NCBI GenBank assembly: GCA_963801355.1
Contig: CAWDEM010000008.1
Span: 1,536,001-1,600,000, forward strand
Length of the DNA: 64,000 nt
Reading direction: 5' to 3'
DNA from: Ignavibacteriota bacterium
GTDB lineage: Bacteria; Bacteroidota; Ignavibacteria; UBA10030; UBA6906
Positions 1 to 9,209 of the stretch are shown piece after piece. The notes beneath the pieces were generated by a model. It ran no database searches. It was not told the DNA's origin and saw only the letters and a list, made by a program, of their open reading frames with translations. The first letter of the stretch is position 1. Each line of letters begins with the position of its first letter. The position numbers and the translations under genes were made by a program.

Positions 1-1563
1 GAAAAGAGCAGCAAGGAATGCTAAAGCTGGGACCCAGCTCTCAACCGCAAAGAAACGGAGCCAGTACCGAATCTGCGCGAGCATCAACACGGGATGGTCG
101 TCACTATTTACAGGGGTCACCAGTTGCAGTGAACTGTTCAACCGCCGGGCCCTGTCCGCCAGGAGATCGTCCTGAACGTAGTCCGCGTTCGCGTATGTCG
201 TCGCCACACCAGCGTCGGCGACGGCAGCGGAGACATCCATCCGGAGCGCCGAATCGGACGCAAGATACATATCACGGCCGGCGGGGAGAATGATGACGTT
301 CCTGAAGGATTCACTGATAGTGTTGCGCAAGGTCGCTCGCACATTCCTTGCATCCGCCCCCGCGTAATCCGCAGACGATGAGAGCGACAGGCACAGCACC
401 CCTGCAGACGTCAGCCTGTCATGAGCCAGCTGGATCGACTCCCTCGTGTAGAACCGGTTCGATTGGAGTGTCGACGGCTCGGGCGCAACGATGATGACCG
501 CATCATACATTCCGGCTGCTGCACGAAGGTGCCTGCGGATATCGCCCGAGAGATACTGCACCCGGTGGTCATGCGGAAGCCGGAAGTAGCGTTGCTGCAT
601 GTCTCTCATCCACGGGTTTTCCTCGATACAGTCCACACGTGTGAGGGGATACTTCAAGACCTCCGGGATGAGGGATGATGGGTTGCCGCCGGCAATGAGC
701 ACCCTTCCGGACCGTGGACGCTGTGCCAGTGTGAAATGCACCAACTCTTCGGCACTCTGTATGTCACCGTTATAGACCAGAGGGATATTGTTCGCGAAAA
801 CAGTGTTCTGTCCTCCGAAGCGCGTTGTTGTCAATTCGCCGTACGGCGTCTCTTCGTGGGCGAGGATGGTGTGTCCCGGATAGCGCAGCGCAAACGTCAG
901 CGCATTCAAGTCGAACGTGTTGTGCGCCAGACCGAGTGCAACAACACCCGCAGGAAGCAGAAGACAAAGGTACCATTCTTTTGTGCGCAGTGCGATGACC
1001 GAGCCCGCGATTCCGGAAACGGCACACAAGTACAGAAGCAGATCCTGCGATGAGAGCAAACCGAATAGCAGGACACCGAACAACGCGCCCCCTGTCAGAC
1101 TCCCGGCCGCCTCCCATGCATAGACACTCCCCGCCGGGTTCATTGTGCCCCGGGAAACCGCTGCACGAACCAACAGGGAAAATGCCGCACCGGAGAAAAG
1201 ACAGACCGGGCTGAGGACGAGTATCGCACCGACAAGGAAGATCCATATCTCCATCATGCTCCCGGGAGGAGCGATCAGCAGGGGGAGAACGCGAAACGCT
1301 ACGAGCGTGAGGGGAGGGAGGACCATGAGAGCGCACAGAACAACCGGCGGGATGAGGGTCATTCGGAGTCCGGGTGTCCATCGCCGCGCAAGCACTGCAC
1401 CGATGCCCGTAAGGGCCAGCCAGTCGAACAGCATGATGCCGATGACGAGCTCGTTCCCGAGAAATGCCGAGAGGATTTCGCGGAGCAACACAACTTGTGT
1501 TCCCGCGGTAATAGCGCCCGCCAGAACAGTTGTGACCCGGACTCCGCTAACCACCTGCTGCAT
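1..1563 (-). CDS. Membrane protein with spermidine-synthase-like (SAM-dependent) domain; 3' end runs off the window start
   Basis: Manual translation of the minus strand from the ATG at 1563 gives a hydrophobic N-terminus (QVVLLREILSAFLGNELVIGIML, SVYAWEAAGSLTGG) followed by ETPYGEL, EELVHF, RVLIAGG and YDAVIIVAPEPSTLQSNRFYTRE, typical of fused MFS/spermidine synthase proteins. Absent from the ORF track because it is truncated. Confidence 0.75.
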   Translation of the reverse strand, partial: MQQVVSGVRVTTVLAGAITAGTQVVLLREILSAFLGNELVIGIMLFDWLALTGIGAVLARRWTPGLRMTLIPPVVLCALMVLPPLTLVAFRVLPLLIAPPGSMMEIWIFLVGAILVLSPVCLFSGAAFSLLVRAAVSRGTMNPAGSVYAWEAAGSLTGGALFGVLLFGLLSSQDLLLYLCAVSGIAGSVIALRTKEWYLCLLLPAGVVALGLAHNTFDLNALTFALRYPGHTILAHEETPYGELTTTRFGGQNTVFANNIPLVYNGDIQSAEELVHFTLAQRPRSGRVLIAGGNPSSLIPEVLKYPLTRVDCIEENPWMRDMQQRYFRLPHDHRVQYLSGDIRRHLRAAAGMYDAVIIVAPEPSTLQSNRFYTRESIQLAHDRLTSAGVLCLSLSSSADYAGADARNVRATLRNTISESFRNVIILPAGRDMYLASDSALRMDVSAAVADAGVATTYANADYVQDDLLADRARRLNSSLQLVTPVNSDDHPVLMLAQIRYWLRFFAVESWVPALAFLAALF

Positions 1564-3046
1564 GGTCGCTTTCACCGAAGACTTCCGCTTCGTATACGTA
1601 CACTTCCGCCTCTTTCCATCCCTCCCATCCGATCCCGGCCTTATCCTGTGAGCAATGCCCGAGGAACTCTTCCAGTGACCAACCGGTCTCTGTCGCCACC
1701 TGTGGCAAGAAAGTGCCCGCCCTGTTCCCTTTTCGAATATAGATGCCATGTCTCCCGAGCTCTATCTCCTGCACTGAAGCCACCTTACGCAAGGGAGACA
1801 GGACCGATATCTCGATATCCAGGCCTTTGAGTTCCTCAAATGAAACAGGTGAAAAGCGATAATCCTCTGTGGCAGCTGCAATGGCCATATTCTGGACTGT
1901 CTTCGCCAATTCCTCTGTGCCTGAGAAATTTCCGATACATCCCCGCAGGTCGCCGTGCTTCTTGAGCGTAACAAAGGCTCCGCACGGAGTCCGAAGGGCC
2001 TCGGAGAGTTGTTCGCTCTTTAACCCGGTGATTTGACGTGTTTGCAGATATTTTTCAAGGGTAGTCCGTGCGATCACGAGGAGCCGGCGACGATCCTGGC
2101 TGCTGATGTGGAATGCTTCATCTTTTTGAGCCCCGACGGCAATCGCCGCGTAACCCACGACACGGCCTTTTTCTCCTACCGGAACATCTCCGGAGTTGTT
2201 ATATTGGATCAGAGTGAATTTCTGCGATCTGTCTGTCGCAACAATATGTTGAAGTGTCAGCACACCCGCCAGGCCACACATTGACGTGACCAATTGACGA
2301 GTCCCCGCTCGGCCATTCTCTGATACGACACGGAGTAGCTTTTCCGGAGAGCCGGACAGCACTGCATCGATTGTTTTTCTATCGATGGTCACAGCCTCCT
2401 CGTACGAGGGATAGTGCGACAGGTCGGTACTGATGACGAACAGATTTTCCTTTGTGAAATATGGCTGGAGCATCCGGGCGAGTTGTTTGCACACGCCGGG
2501 ATCTTCCGTGCCGAGGAGGATCGGCACAATTGAGAAGGGTTTCTTCAGATGATATTGGAGCAGAGGCAGCTGGACTTCCAGTGAATGTTCGACGGCGTGC
2601 GCCCGGTTGTTTTCAAGAAACATCCCGCCGCCTTGAAGGAGTTTCCGTCCGATGTCGGCATTCACCGGCACGCGTCCGAGAGGAGTGAGGAAGTCCCCCG
2701 CGACATACACCGCTGCACCCTCGTATGCAGCGTTGTGGCTGACGCCGATCAGAAAGATGTTCTCGAACGTGCGCTGAGGATCGATCTGCGCTACGCCGGA
2801 AGCAGCCACCTGTCCCGAGAAGACATATCCGGCATGAGGCACAATCAGGGCCCGCACAGCGGTCTGCCCGTTTCGTGGGGCTGCGTGTGAGAAGAAGCCC
2901 GCAAGGTCTGCACGGAGCGTCGCCGCCGAAACCGGATAGAATTGCCCGGCAACCGCTGGAGCCCGGTCTTCCGCGGATGCACACGCCCCGGAGAGGACGA
3001 TAAGTGAGCAGCAAAGCACAACCAGGAGTGAGCGGGATATCCACAT
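1547..3046 (-). CDS. amrB: AmmeMemoRadiSam system protein B (Memo-like) fused to protein A (AMMECR1 domain), with N-terminal signal-like segment
   Basis: RAPAVAGQFYP, PHAGYVFSG, EHSLEVQLP, STDLSHY and MCG (Memo); GAFVTL, LRGCIG, EISVLSP and GTFLPQVA (AMMECR1). Start chosen at MWISRSLL. Confidence 0.9.
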   Translation of the reverse strand: MWISRSLLVVLCCSLIVLSGACASAEDRAPAVAGQFYPVSAATLRADLAGFFSHAAPRNGQTAVRALIVPHAGYVFSGQVAASGVAQIDPQRTFENIFLIGVSHNAAYEGAAVYVAGDFLTPLGRVPVNADIGRKLLQGGGMFLENNRAHAVEHSLEVQLPLLQYHLKKPFSIVPILLGTEDPGVCKQLARMLQPYFTKENLFVISTDLSHYPSYEEAVTIDRKTIDAVLSGSPEKLLRVVSENGRAGTRQLVTSMCGLAGVLTLQHIVATDRSQKFTLIQYNNSGDVPVGEKGRVVGYAAIAVGAQKDEAFHISSQDRRRLLVIARTTLEKYLQTRQITGLKSEQLSEALRTPCGAFVTLKKHGDLRGCIGNFSGTEELAKTVQNMAIAAATEDYRFSPVSFEELKGLDIEISVLSPLRKVASVQEIELGRHGIYIRKGNRAGTFLPQVATETGWSLEEFLGHCSQDKAGIGWEGWKEAEVYVYEAEVFGESDHAAGG

Positions 3047-3076
3047 GGCGGGCCTCGCGAAGAATGAGTCTGCTGC

Positions 3077-3105
3077 AAAGTACTGCCGGACACAGTGAAA
3101 GTCAA
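3077..3105 (-). promoter_or_regulatory. Putative sigma70 promoter for amrB-A operon
   Basis: TTGACT-17 nt-TACTTT on the minus strand. Confidence 0.55.
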
Positions 3106-3155
3106 CATACATAATCACCATCTACCACACCATCTACCACAAAGGAGCACACACC

Positions 3156-3743
3156 ATGAGCGGAATACTGGATATACTTAGCGGCGCAATTGGCAATGAT
3201 ACGGTATCGGAGATCGGCAGCCAGCTTGGCCTTGACAAAAGCACGGCGGGCAGCCTCGTCGGCACCGCACTTCCGCTGCTTGTGTCGGCGCTGGCGAAGA
3301 ACGCCTCATCACCGAAGGGGGCGGAGTCGCTGCTCAACGCCTTGAACAAAGACCACGACGGCTCGATTCTGGACAACATCGGCGGGCTTCTTGGCGGCTC
3401 GGTGAGTGCCGATGGCGCCGGAATCCTCGGCCACATTTTCGGCAACCAGCAGGAACAGATCCAGCAGGGCCTCGGTAAAACGGCGGGGGTCGACGCATCG
3501 ACAGTGGGATCGCTTCTCCAGATTCTCGCTCCGGTTGTCATGGGGGCGCTGGGCAAGCAAACAGCTCAACAGAATCTGGATGCAGGCGGCCTGGCCGGCA
3601 TGCTGCAAGGCGCAGCCAAGAGCGCAAGTCAGTCGTCGCCCGACGTGCTCGGGTCGCTTCTCGGGATGCTGGACACCAATAAGGACGGCAGCGTAGTGGA
3701 TGATGTGGTGGGGATGCTGGGGAAACTGTTCAGGAAATCCTGA
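3156..3743 (+). CDS. DUF937-family protein
   Basis: Gly/Leu-rich, with HDGSILD, GAGILGHIFG, LAPVVMGALG and C-terminal LDTNKDGSVVDD; strong SD AAAGGAG upstream. Confidence 0.8.
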   Translation: MSGILDILSGAIGNDTVSEIGSQLGLDKSTAGSLVGTALPLLVSALAKNASSPKGAESLLNALNKDHDGSILDNIGGLLGGSVSADGAGILGHIFGNQQEQIQQGLGKTAGVDASTVGSLLQILAPVVMGALGKQTAQQNLDAGGLAGMLQGAAKSASQSSPDVLGSLLGMLDTNKDGSVVDDVVGMLGKLFRKS

Positions 3744-3755
3744 ATCGGAAAGGGG

Positions 3756-3783
3756 TCCTGGCCCCTCGTTAAAGGGGCCAGGA
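3756..3783. terminator. Hairpin between convergent genes, probable bidirectional terminator
   Basis: TCCTGGCCCCT-CGTTAA-AGGGGCCAGGA, perfect 11-bp stem. Confidence 0.65.
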
Positions 3784-3793
3784 GTCTTCCTTC

Positions 3794-5035
3794 TCAAAAA
3801 TACACAATGACAGAAGCGCTGACAATCTGTGTTGTGTATTTGTCGGTATAGGTTGACGCTGGCAGAGTTGGAAAGTCATACCTCGTACCAGCCTCATACG
3901 TCGAGCGAGAATACGCCACATCAAATGCAAATGCCTGGCTGATGAATCCTGTGCCCACGGTGAACCCTGTGCCTGACACCGGGTCGGTGTACTTGCCATT
4001 GTTCTGGTCAGCCAGAAGGGTCGGCACGGTCCGGAAGCCAGCGCGGATGGGGATAATCCCCGCGCTGGTGACGATGAGGTACTCTGCTCCCACGCGCACC
4101 TGTTTCTGATCCGATTTGCTCGGGCTCATGTCCGACGTGTCCACTCCACTCCCATTCCTCGAGTAGAAAATCCTCTTGTCACCATAGAGCCGCATCTCGA
4201 AGTCTGCAGAAATCGTTAGGTTTTCCAGCAAGCGGCCCGATGCCCCGAAACCGAACATGAGGGGCATCTCTATGGTATTCGAGAACTTGCCTTTCTCATC
4301 CGGATATCCTGTCGACACGTTAAGGTAGTCGCCTTCGTACGTCAGCTCAAAAGGGGTCCTGAGTGACGCGCCAAATTTGATGGGAATAGGCCTTTTCATC
4401 CCCTCAAAATCCACAAGCAAGCCTGCCGTGAAATTGAGTCCACTGAACTTCGCATCGAAACTGGAGCTGAAATTGTAGTTGGTGCCGGCGTAGCTGCTTT
4501 TGTATTCGTATTGGTTCTTGATGTTTCCCAGCCAGATGTTCACAGCCCCTCCGACGTAGAACATCGGATGCAATTTGATGCCTATCCCCGGGGTGATGGT
4601 ATTCGCCGCGCCATCGGACTCGTACGTGAGGTAATCATTGCTGAACCGCGCGTATTCATCGAGCTGCTTCTGAAATGCCACGGCGGGGACGATGTTGACC
4701 TTCCCTGCGTGAAGGGGAAAGGCAATACTTGCGAAGTTGTAGGTGAATTGCGGCTGGGTTAACGAGTAAAGGTCGCCCGAGCTCTCGGAAGACGTCTCCT
4801 TGAAATCCTGTTGCATCCATCGCCCGACGGCGGAGAACTCGGTGCGTTCGAGCTGACCGAGTCCCGAGGGGTTCCAGGAGATCGCAGTGGCGTCATCCGC
4901 CAGCCCGATGAACGCGCCGCCGAGTCCTTCTGCGCGCGCACCTGCACCGGTGATGTTCCAGTCTTCGTACTGCGCACTTCCCACACTCACGATCGTCAGC
5001 ATGGCGATCAGAACAAGTAGAGTCCGGGTTTGCAT
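3794..5035 (-). CDS. OmpP1/FadL-family outer membrane beta-barrel (paralogue 1)
   Basis: Signal peptide; GARAEGLGGAFIGLADDATAISWNPSGL plug motif; alternating beta strands; C-terminal Phe. Confidence 0.8.
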   Translation of the reverse strand: MQTRTLLVLIAMLTIVSVGSAQYEDWNITGAGARAEGLGGAFIGLADDATAISWNPSGLGQLERTEFSAVGRWMQQDFKETSSESSGDLYSLTQPQFTYNFASIAFPLHAGKVNIVPAVAFQKQLDEYARFSNDYLTYESDGAANTITPGIGIKLHPMFYVGGAVNIWLGNIKNQYEYKSSYAGTNYNFSSSFDAKFSGLNFTAGLLVDFEGMKRPIPIKFGASLRTPFELTYEGDYLNVSTGYPDEKGKFSNTIEMPLMFGFGASGRLLENLTISADFEMRLYGDKRIFYSRNGSGVDTSDMSPSKSDQKQVRVGAEYLIVTSAGIIPIRAGFRTVPTLLADQNNGKYTDPVSGTGFTVGTGFISQAFAFDVAYSRSTYEAGTRYDFPTLPASTYTDKYTTQIVSASVIVYF

Positions 5036-5081
5036 AGGCGCTCCTGATGGTTATGTAGACGAACGGTGAATTTCATTCTAA

Positions 5082-5175
5082 CCTGACTTAAAAGTCAGGC
5101 AAAAAAGTCAGGCATAAAAGTCAGGCAAAAAAGCCTGGCAAAAAAGTCAGACTTCAGGATCCAGACTTCAGGATC
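5082..5175. repeat. Intergenic tandem array: 5 x 13 bp (AAAAAAGTCAGGC consensus) plus 2 x 14 bp CAGACTTCAGGATC
   Basis: Units at 5088-5152 and 5148-5175; hairpin CCTGACTT-AA-AAGTCAGG at the left edge. Confidence 0.85.
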
Positions 5176-5180
5176 TTATG

Positions 5181-5994
5181 TTATTTGCCGGTCTTGTAGT
5201 ACTTCATCGCCTCCGGCAACTCATTTTTAAGATCTGCGATTCGCGTTGCGTCAGAGGGGTGCGTGCTCAAGAACTCCGGTGGTGCCGCCCCCCCCGAGGA
5301 CTGTGCCATCCTCGTCCAGAACGAGACCGCTTCATTGGGATTGTATCCGGCCATGGCCATGAATATGAGTCCCAGGTGATCGGCCTCGGATTCGTGTGTG
5401 CGGCTAAAGGGGAGAAGTACCCCCAACTGACTGCCCAGTCCGAAAGCGGTCATCCAGAGATTCTTGGTTTCTGCGGGTTTGCTGTCCAGAGCTACCTCCA
5501 GCGCCATGCCGCCCAATTGTGTGAGCAACTCCTGGCTCATGCGCTCGCCGCCATGCTCGGCAACCGCGTGCGCAATCTCATGTCCCATCACCACCGCCAA
5601 CCCGGCATCAGTTTTCGTCACAGGAAGGATGCCCGAGTAGACCACAACCTTTCCGCCCGGCATGCACCAGGCATTAACTTCTTTGCTGTCCACCAGGTTG
5701 AATTCCCATTTGTATCCTGCCAACCCATCCGAGAGTCCCTGTTGCGCAAAGTAGGTTTCGACTGCTTTCTGAATCCGTCCCCCGACGGTGCGCACCAACT
5801 GCGTTTGCTTTGCATCCGTCGAGACTTTGTTCGAGTCCAAGAACTCGCCGTACTGCTGAAAACTCATGCTGAGCATCTGGGAATGTGGAATCAGGCTCAG
5901 CTGTTTTCGGCCTGTGATGGGAACAGTGCTGCATGAGATCACGAGGAAGGTCAACGTGAGTATCCAAACGCCCAGTCCGCACGAATCGCCTCAT
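5181..5994 (-). CDS. M48 family zinc metallopeptidase lipoprotein, with an apparent frameshift near the start
   Basis: NAWCMPGGK, HEIAH, FSRTHESEADHLG and FLSTHP. The SD-linked ATG at 5994 is one base out of frame with the main ORF (5181-5954). Confidence 0.85.
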
Positions 5995-6021
5995 TGCTGC
6001 AACCCTCCGTTTCTGGTCCGA

Positions 6022-6606
6022 CTACTTCTGATCCAATTTCAGCTTGTGCAACTTCGGTTTAATGACAAACACACAGTATGGTGCGTTCGGATGGTTCCGG
6101 AAGTAGTCCTGATGATAGTTCTCCGCCTCGTAGAACTTCTCGAGCGGCTTGATCTCCGTGACAATCGGATCGGTAAACATGCTCCGGGCTTTGGCCAGGG
6201 ACCGTTCGGCTGTCGCTTTCTGCTGCGGTGTATGGTAGAAGATCACGGACCGGTACTGTGTCCCCACGTCCGCGCCCTGGCGGTTCAATGTCGTGGGGTC
6301 GTGTGCCTCCCAGAAGACGCTCAGGAGACTGTCATAGCTGATTTTCGTGGGATCAAATGTAATCCGGGCGACCTCGGCATGTCCTGTGGTGCCGCTGCAG
6401 ACTTCATCGTACGTCGGATTCGCTTTTGACCCTCCGGCGTACCCCGCAACCACGGACTCAACGCCCTGCAGCCGCTCGAACACTGCTTCGATGCACCAGA
6501 AACAGCCGCCGCCGAGGGTGGCGTGTTCGCGGACTGATGATGAACCGGATATTGTGCCGTCAGGAAGATTCATCGCGAGCATCAGAGAGACGATGAATGC
6601 AGCCAT
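6022..6606 (-). CDS. msrA: Peptide-methionine (S)-S-oxide reductase MsrA, with short N-terminal hydrophobic leader
   Basis: GGGCFWC, HDPTTLNRQGADVGTQYRS, AENYHQDY and PYC. Confidence 0.95.
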   Translation of the reverse strand: MAAFIVSLMLAMNLPDGTISGSSSVREHATLGGGCFWCIEAVFERLQGVESVVAGYAGGSKANPTYDEVCSGTTGHAEVARITFDPTKISYDSLLSVFWEAHDPTTLNRQGADVGTQYRSVIFYHTPQQKATAERSLAKARSMFTDPIVTEIKPLEKFYEAENYHQDYFRNHPNAPYCVFVIKPKLHKLKLDQK

Positions 6607-6614
6607 TCCCCCCC

Positions 6615-7820
6615 TCAGAAGTATATGATGAGTGAAGCGCTGACCATCTGAAACGTGTTGGTGTTTTCCAGGGAGCCCCCGACCAACTGCCAGGACTGTT
6701 TCCACTTGGAGCGGGAGTATGCAAAATCCAGCGCGAACGATTGACTGATGAATCCCGTGCCAACGGTGAACCCTGTGCCGGACACCTGGTCCTTGGCGTT
6801 TCCTTTTGAGTCCTGGTCGGCAAGAAGTGTCGGCACAGTTCGGAATCCTGCACGGATGGGGATGACCCCTGCGGATGTCACGATCAGATACTCAGCCCCG
6901 ACACGCACCTGATTCAGATTCTCCTTGCTGTCGCTCAAGTCGGTCGTATCGATAGGATCCCCATCAGTCGTGAAGAGAATCCGCTTGTCGCCGTACAGAC
7001 GCGATTCAAAGTCGACGGCCAGTGTGAGGTTTTCCCCGATGCGGCCCGACGCTCCGAAGCCGTACATGAGGGGCAACTCCACCTTGTTCAGGAATTTGCC
7101 CGACTTGTCGGCGGTGGTCGCCCGGTCCCACTTATAGCTCCCGTCATACTCGAGCTCGAACGGCGTCTTGATCGTCGCACCGAGCTTTATCGGGATGGGG
7201 TTCTTCAGCCCTTCAAAATCCACAAGCAGGCCGGCAGTGAAATTCAAGCCGCTGTATGATCCCTCGTTGGTGGAGGTGTTCTTCGAGGACTTGTCCAGCG
7301 AAAAGTTCTCGAAGTTCCCGAGCCAGATGTTCACGGTCCCGCCGACATAGAACATGGGATGGAGTTTGATGCCTATGCCCGGTGTCAGCGTATTCGCGCC
7401 GCCGCTGGACTCATACTCCTGATCCTCCGTGTTCGAGCGGCCGTAGGCGTCAAGCTGCTTCTGGAATCCCACCGCGGGGACAATCGTCACTCTGCCCGCA
7501 TGCAGCGGAAAGGCGATGCTCGCGAAGTTGTATGTGAAGTGCGATTGTATTTGGGTGCGGTTATATGATGGAACGGAAGGGATTTCAGTCTTGGTGTCTT
7601 CCTGTACCCATCGTCCGACAGCGGAGAACTCCGTCCGCTCGAGCTGGCCCAGGCCCGCCGGGTTCCAGGAGATTGCCGTCGCATCGTCGGCCAATCCGAT
7701 GAACGCACCGCCAAGGCCTTCTGCGCGCGCGCCGGCACCGATAATATTCCAGCCCTGCGCATTCGCCGCTGATGCCAGCATCACCAGCGCCGCAGCAACC
7801 ACCAGTATCCGGTTCCCCAT
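6615..7820 (-). CDS. OmpP1/FadL-family outer membrane beta-barrel (paralogue 2)
   Basis: Same GARAEGLGGAFIGLADDATAISWNP motif; long blocks identical to 3794-5035; C-terminal Phe. Confidence 0.8.
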   Translation of the reverse strand: MGNRILVVAAALVMLASAANAQGWNIIGAGARAEGLGGAFIGLADDATAISWNPAGLGQLERTEFSAVGRWVQEDTKTEIPSVPSYNRTQIQSHFTYNFASIAFPLHAGRVTIVPAVGFQKQLDAYGRSNTEDQEYESSGGANTLTPGIGIKLHPMFYVGGTVNIWLGNFENFSLDKSSKNTSTNEGSYSGLNFTAGLLVDFEGLKNPIPIKLGATIKTPFELEYDGSYKWDRATTADKSGKFLNKVELPLMYGFGASGRIGENLTLAVDFESRLYGDKRILFTTDGDPIDTTDLSDSKENLNQVRVGAEYLIVTSAGVIPIRAGFRTVPTLLADQDSKGNAKDQVSGTGFTVGTGFISQSFALDFAYSRSKWKQSWQLVGGSLENTNTFQMVSASLIIYF

Positions 7821-7853
7821 GTGAGCTCCTGATTTTTGTTCCGGACGACCTGT

Positions 7854-9047
7854 CTACTTAATGACGATCTTGTCGCCCACTTTGATGTCCTGATCTTTCT
7901 CCACAACCCGCACCTGGGAGAGTTTTTGTTGCACCTGTACTACCACCAGTTCTCCAAGCTTCGTGACATGTTTCCCGAGCACCTCTCCCGTTGTCGGGTG
8001 AAGGATGTTCTCTCCGGCCCGGAAGGCCACGCATTTCGAACCTTTGCGGATTCCCTTGAGCGAACCGGCGTCGATATAGAAGACATCCTTCTGGGCGCTG
8101 ACGATGAATCCTTCGACAATCGGCATTTCGTTATAGATCAGAATCGCGAGGTTGTCGACCGCCTTCTCGAAATCTTCCACATCGTTCCCGCTGACCGTTT
8201 CGCCTCTCGCGACGATCGTCTCACTTGTTTCCGTGTCGATCACCCGCGCGTTCACCCTGGCACCTGAGCCGTGCGGAACGACACTTGTCAGTATGATGGC
8301 GTCCGCACCCGCCACACGGCCGACCTTCACGGCCGTCTCCTCATCCACTGCACCGGAGAGTTGCAGCTCCTGCTCTTTCAACACCTTGTCCAACGCCGTC
8401 CGCTCAATCACTTTGAAGCGGCGCAGATAGACGAGTTGCGTCACCATCTTTTCGGTGAGCGCATCGCCGAAGTTGCCCAGGTCACCCTTCACTTCAATGG
8501 GCATCACCGCGATCCCCAGTCGCGAGCCGACCTGTGTAACCCGCGAAGGATCATACGTGAGCGCCCCGACAGGAAGTGTTGAGGTCTTCACGTCCATCCG
8601 GGACCGTTCGGGAGCGTCCGGCACGGCCTCCTCTTCTTCCTTCTCGGGTTTTTGAGGAGCTTCCTCCGGCACTATCGCGAGGGACGGCGGTACCTTCTTC
8701 CTCACGAACTCCAGGTATTCATTGGCGCGACCGCTCGAGACGTATGCGGTGGAGAGCTCGATCTCCTTTTTTGCGTTCGCCGTTTCACCCAGGAAATAGT
8801 AACAGATCCCCATCTCCCGGTGAGGATAATACTCAATGAAACGCGTTCCATACGTGCGCTTTCGTCCTGCGTCCTCAAACTCGAGAGAGATTGCACTCCG
8901 GAATTCCTGTATCGCACGGAGCCAGTCCCCCTTTTCCACGAATTCCAGCCCATCGGTGTAGTAGTTGTAGAATTTGGTCTGGGCTGATGTGGCAGAAGGA
9001 GCAAGCAGGATGAACAACAGAACAAGCCACAGCGGGTGTGATTTCAT
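7854..9047 (-). CDS. Secreted TPR-like + CsgG/HfaB domain + FlgT-C-like protein
   Basis: Signal peptide; YYPHREMGICYY helical repeat; FKVIERTALDKVLKEQELQLSGAVD...VKVGRVAGADAI...ARVIDTET (CsgG); YIDAGSLKGIRKG...HPTTGEVLG...IKVGDKI (FlgT C-terminal-like). Confidence 0.75.
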   Translation of the reverse strand: MKSHPLWLVLLFILLAPSATSAQTKFYNYYTDGLEFVEKGDWLRAIQEFRSAISLEFEDAGRKRTYGTRFIEYYPHREMGICYYFLGETANAKKEIELSTAYVSSGRANEYLEFVRKKVPPSLAIVPEEAPQKPEKEEEEAVPDAPERSRMDVKTSTLPVGALTYDPSRVTQVGSRLGIAVMPIEVKGDLGNFGDALTEKMVTQLVYLRRFKVIERTALDKVLKEQELQLSGAVDEETAVKVGRVAGADAIILTSVVPHGSGARVNARVIDTETSETIVARGETVSGNDVEDFEKAVDNLAILIYNEMPIVEGFIVSAQKDVFYIDAGSLKGIRKGSKCVAFRAGENILHPTTGEVLGKHVTKLGELVVVQVQQKLSQVRVVEKDQDIKVGDKIVIK

Positions 9048-9081
9048 GGTAGTCCCCGACAGGAAAGAGGATGGTAATGCG

Positions 9082-9111
9082 AAGATAACTCAATATTCAG
9101 TTCAATGTCAA
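9082..9111 (-). promoter_or_regulatory. Putative sigma70 promoter for the CsgG/FadL cluster
   Basis: TTGACA-18 nt-TATCTT on the minus strand. Confidence 0.45.
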
Positions 9112-9164
9112 TGCCCGGGTGGCGCACAGAATCTACTATATTTTCCCTCATTCGGTGGCTGAGG

Positions 9165-9202
9165 GGACCGATTATCAATAGTCAATAGACTATTGACTAT
9201 TG
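9165..9202. repeat. Heptamer-based palindromic element, copy A
   Basis: CAATAGTCAATAG-A-CTATTGACTATTG perfect palindrome; 34/38 nt identical to 33041-33078. Confidence 0.85.
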
Positions 9203-9209
9203 GTCAAAG

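Noticed and set aside
3116-3141. 12-bp direct duplication CACCATCTACCA before the DUF937 SD
   Set aside because: Only two copies; most simply replication slippage, with no further support.
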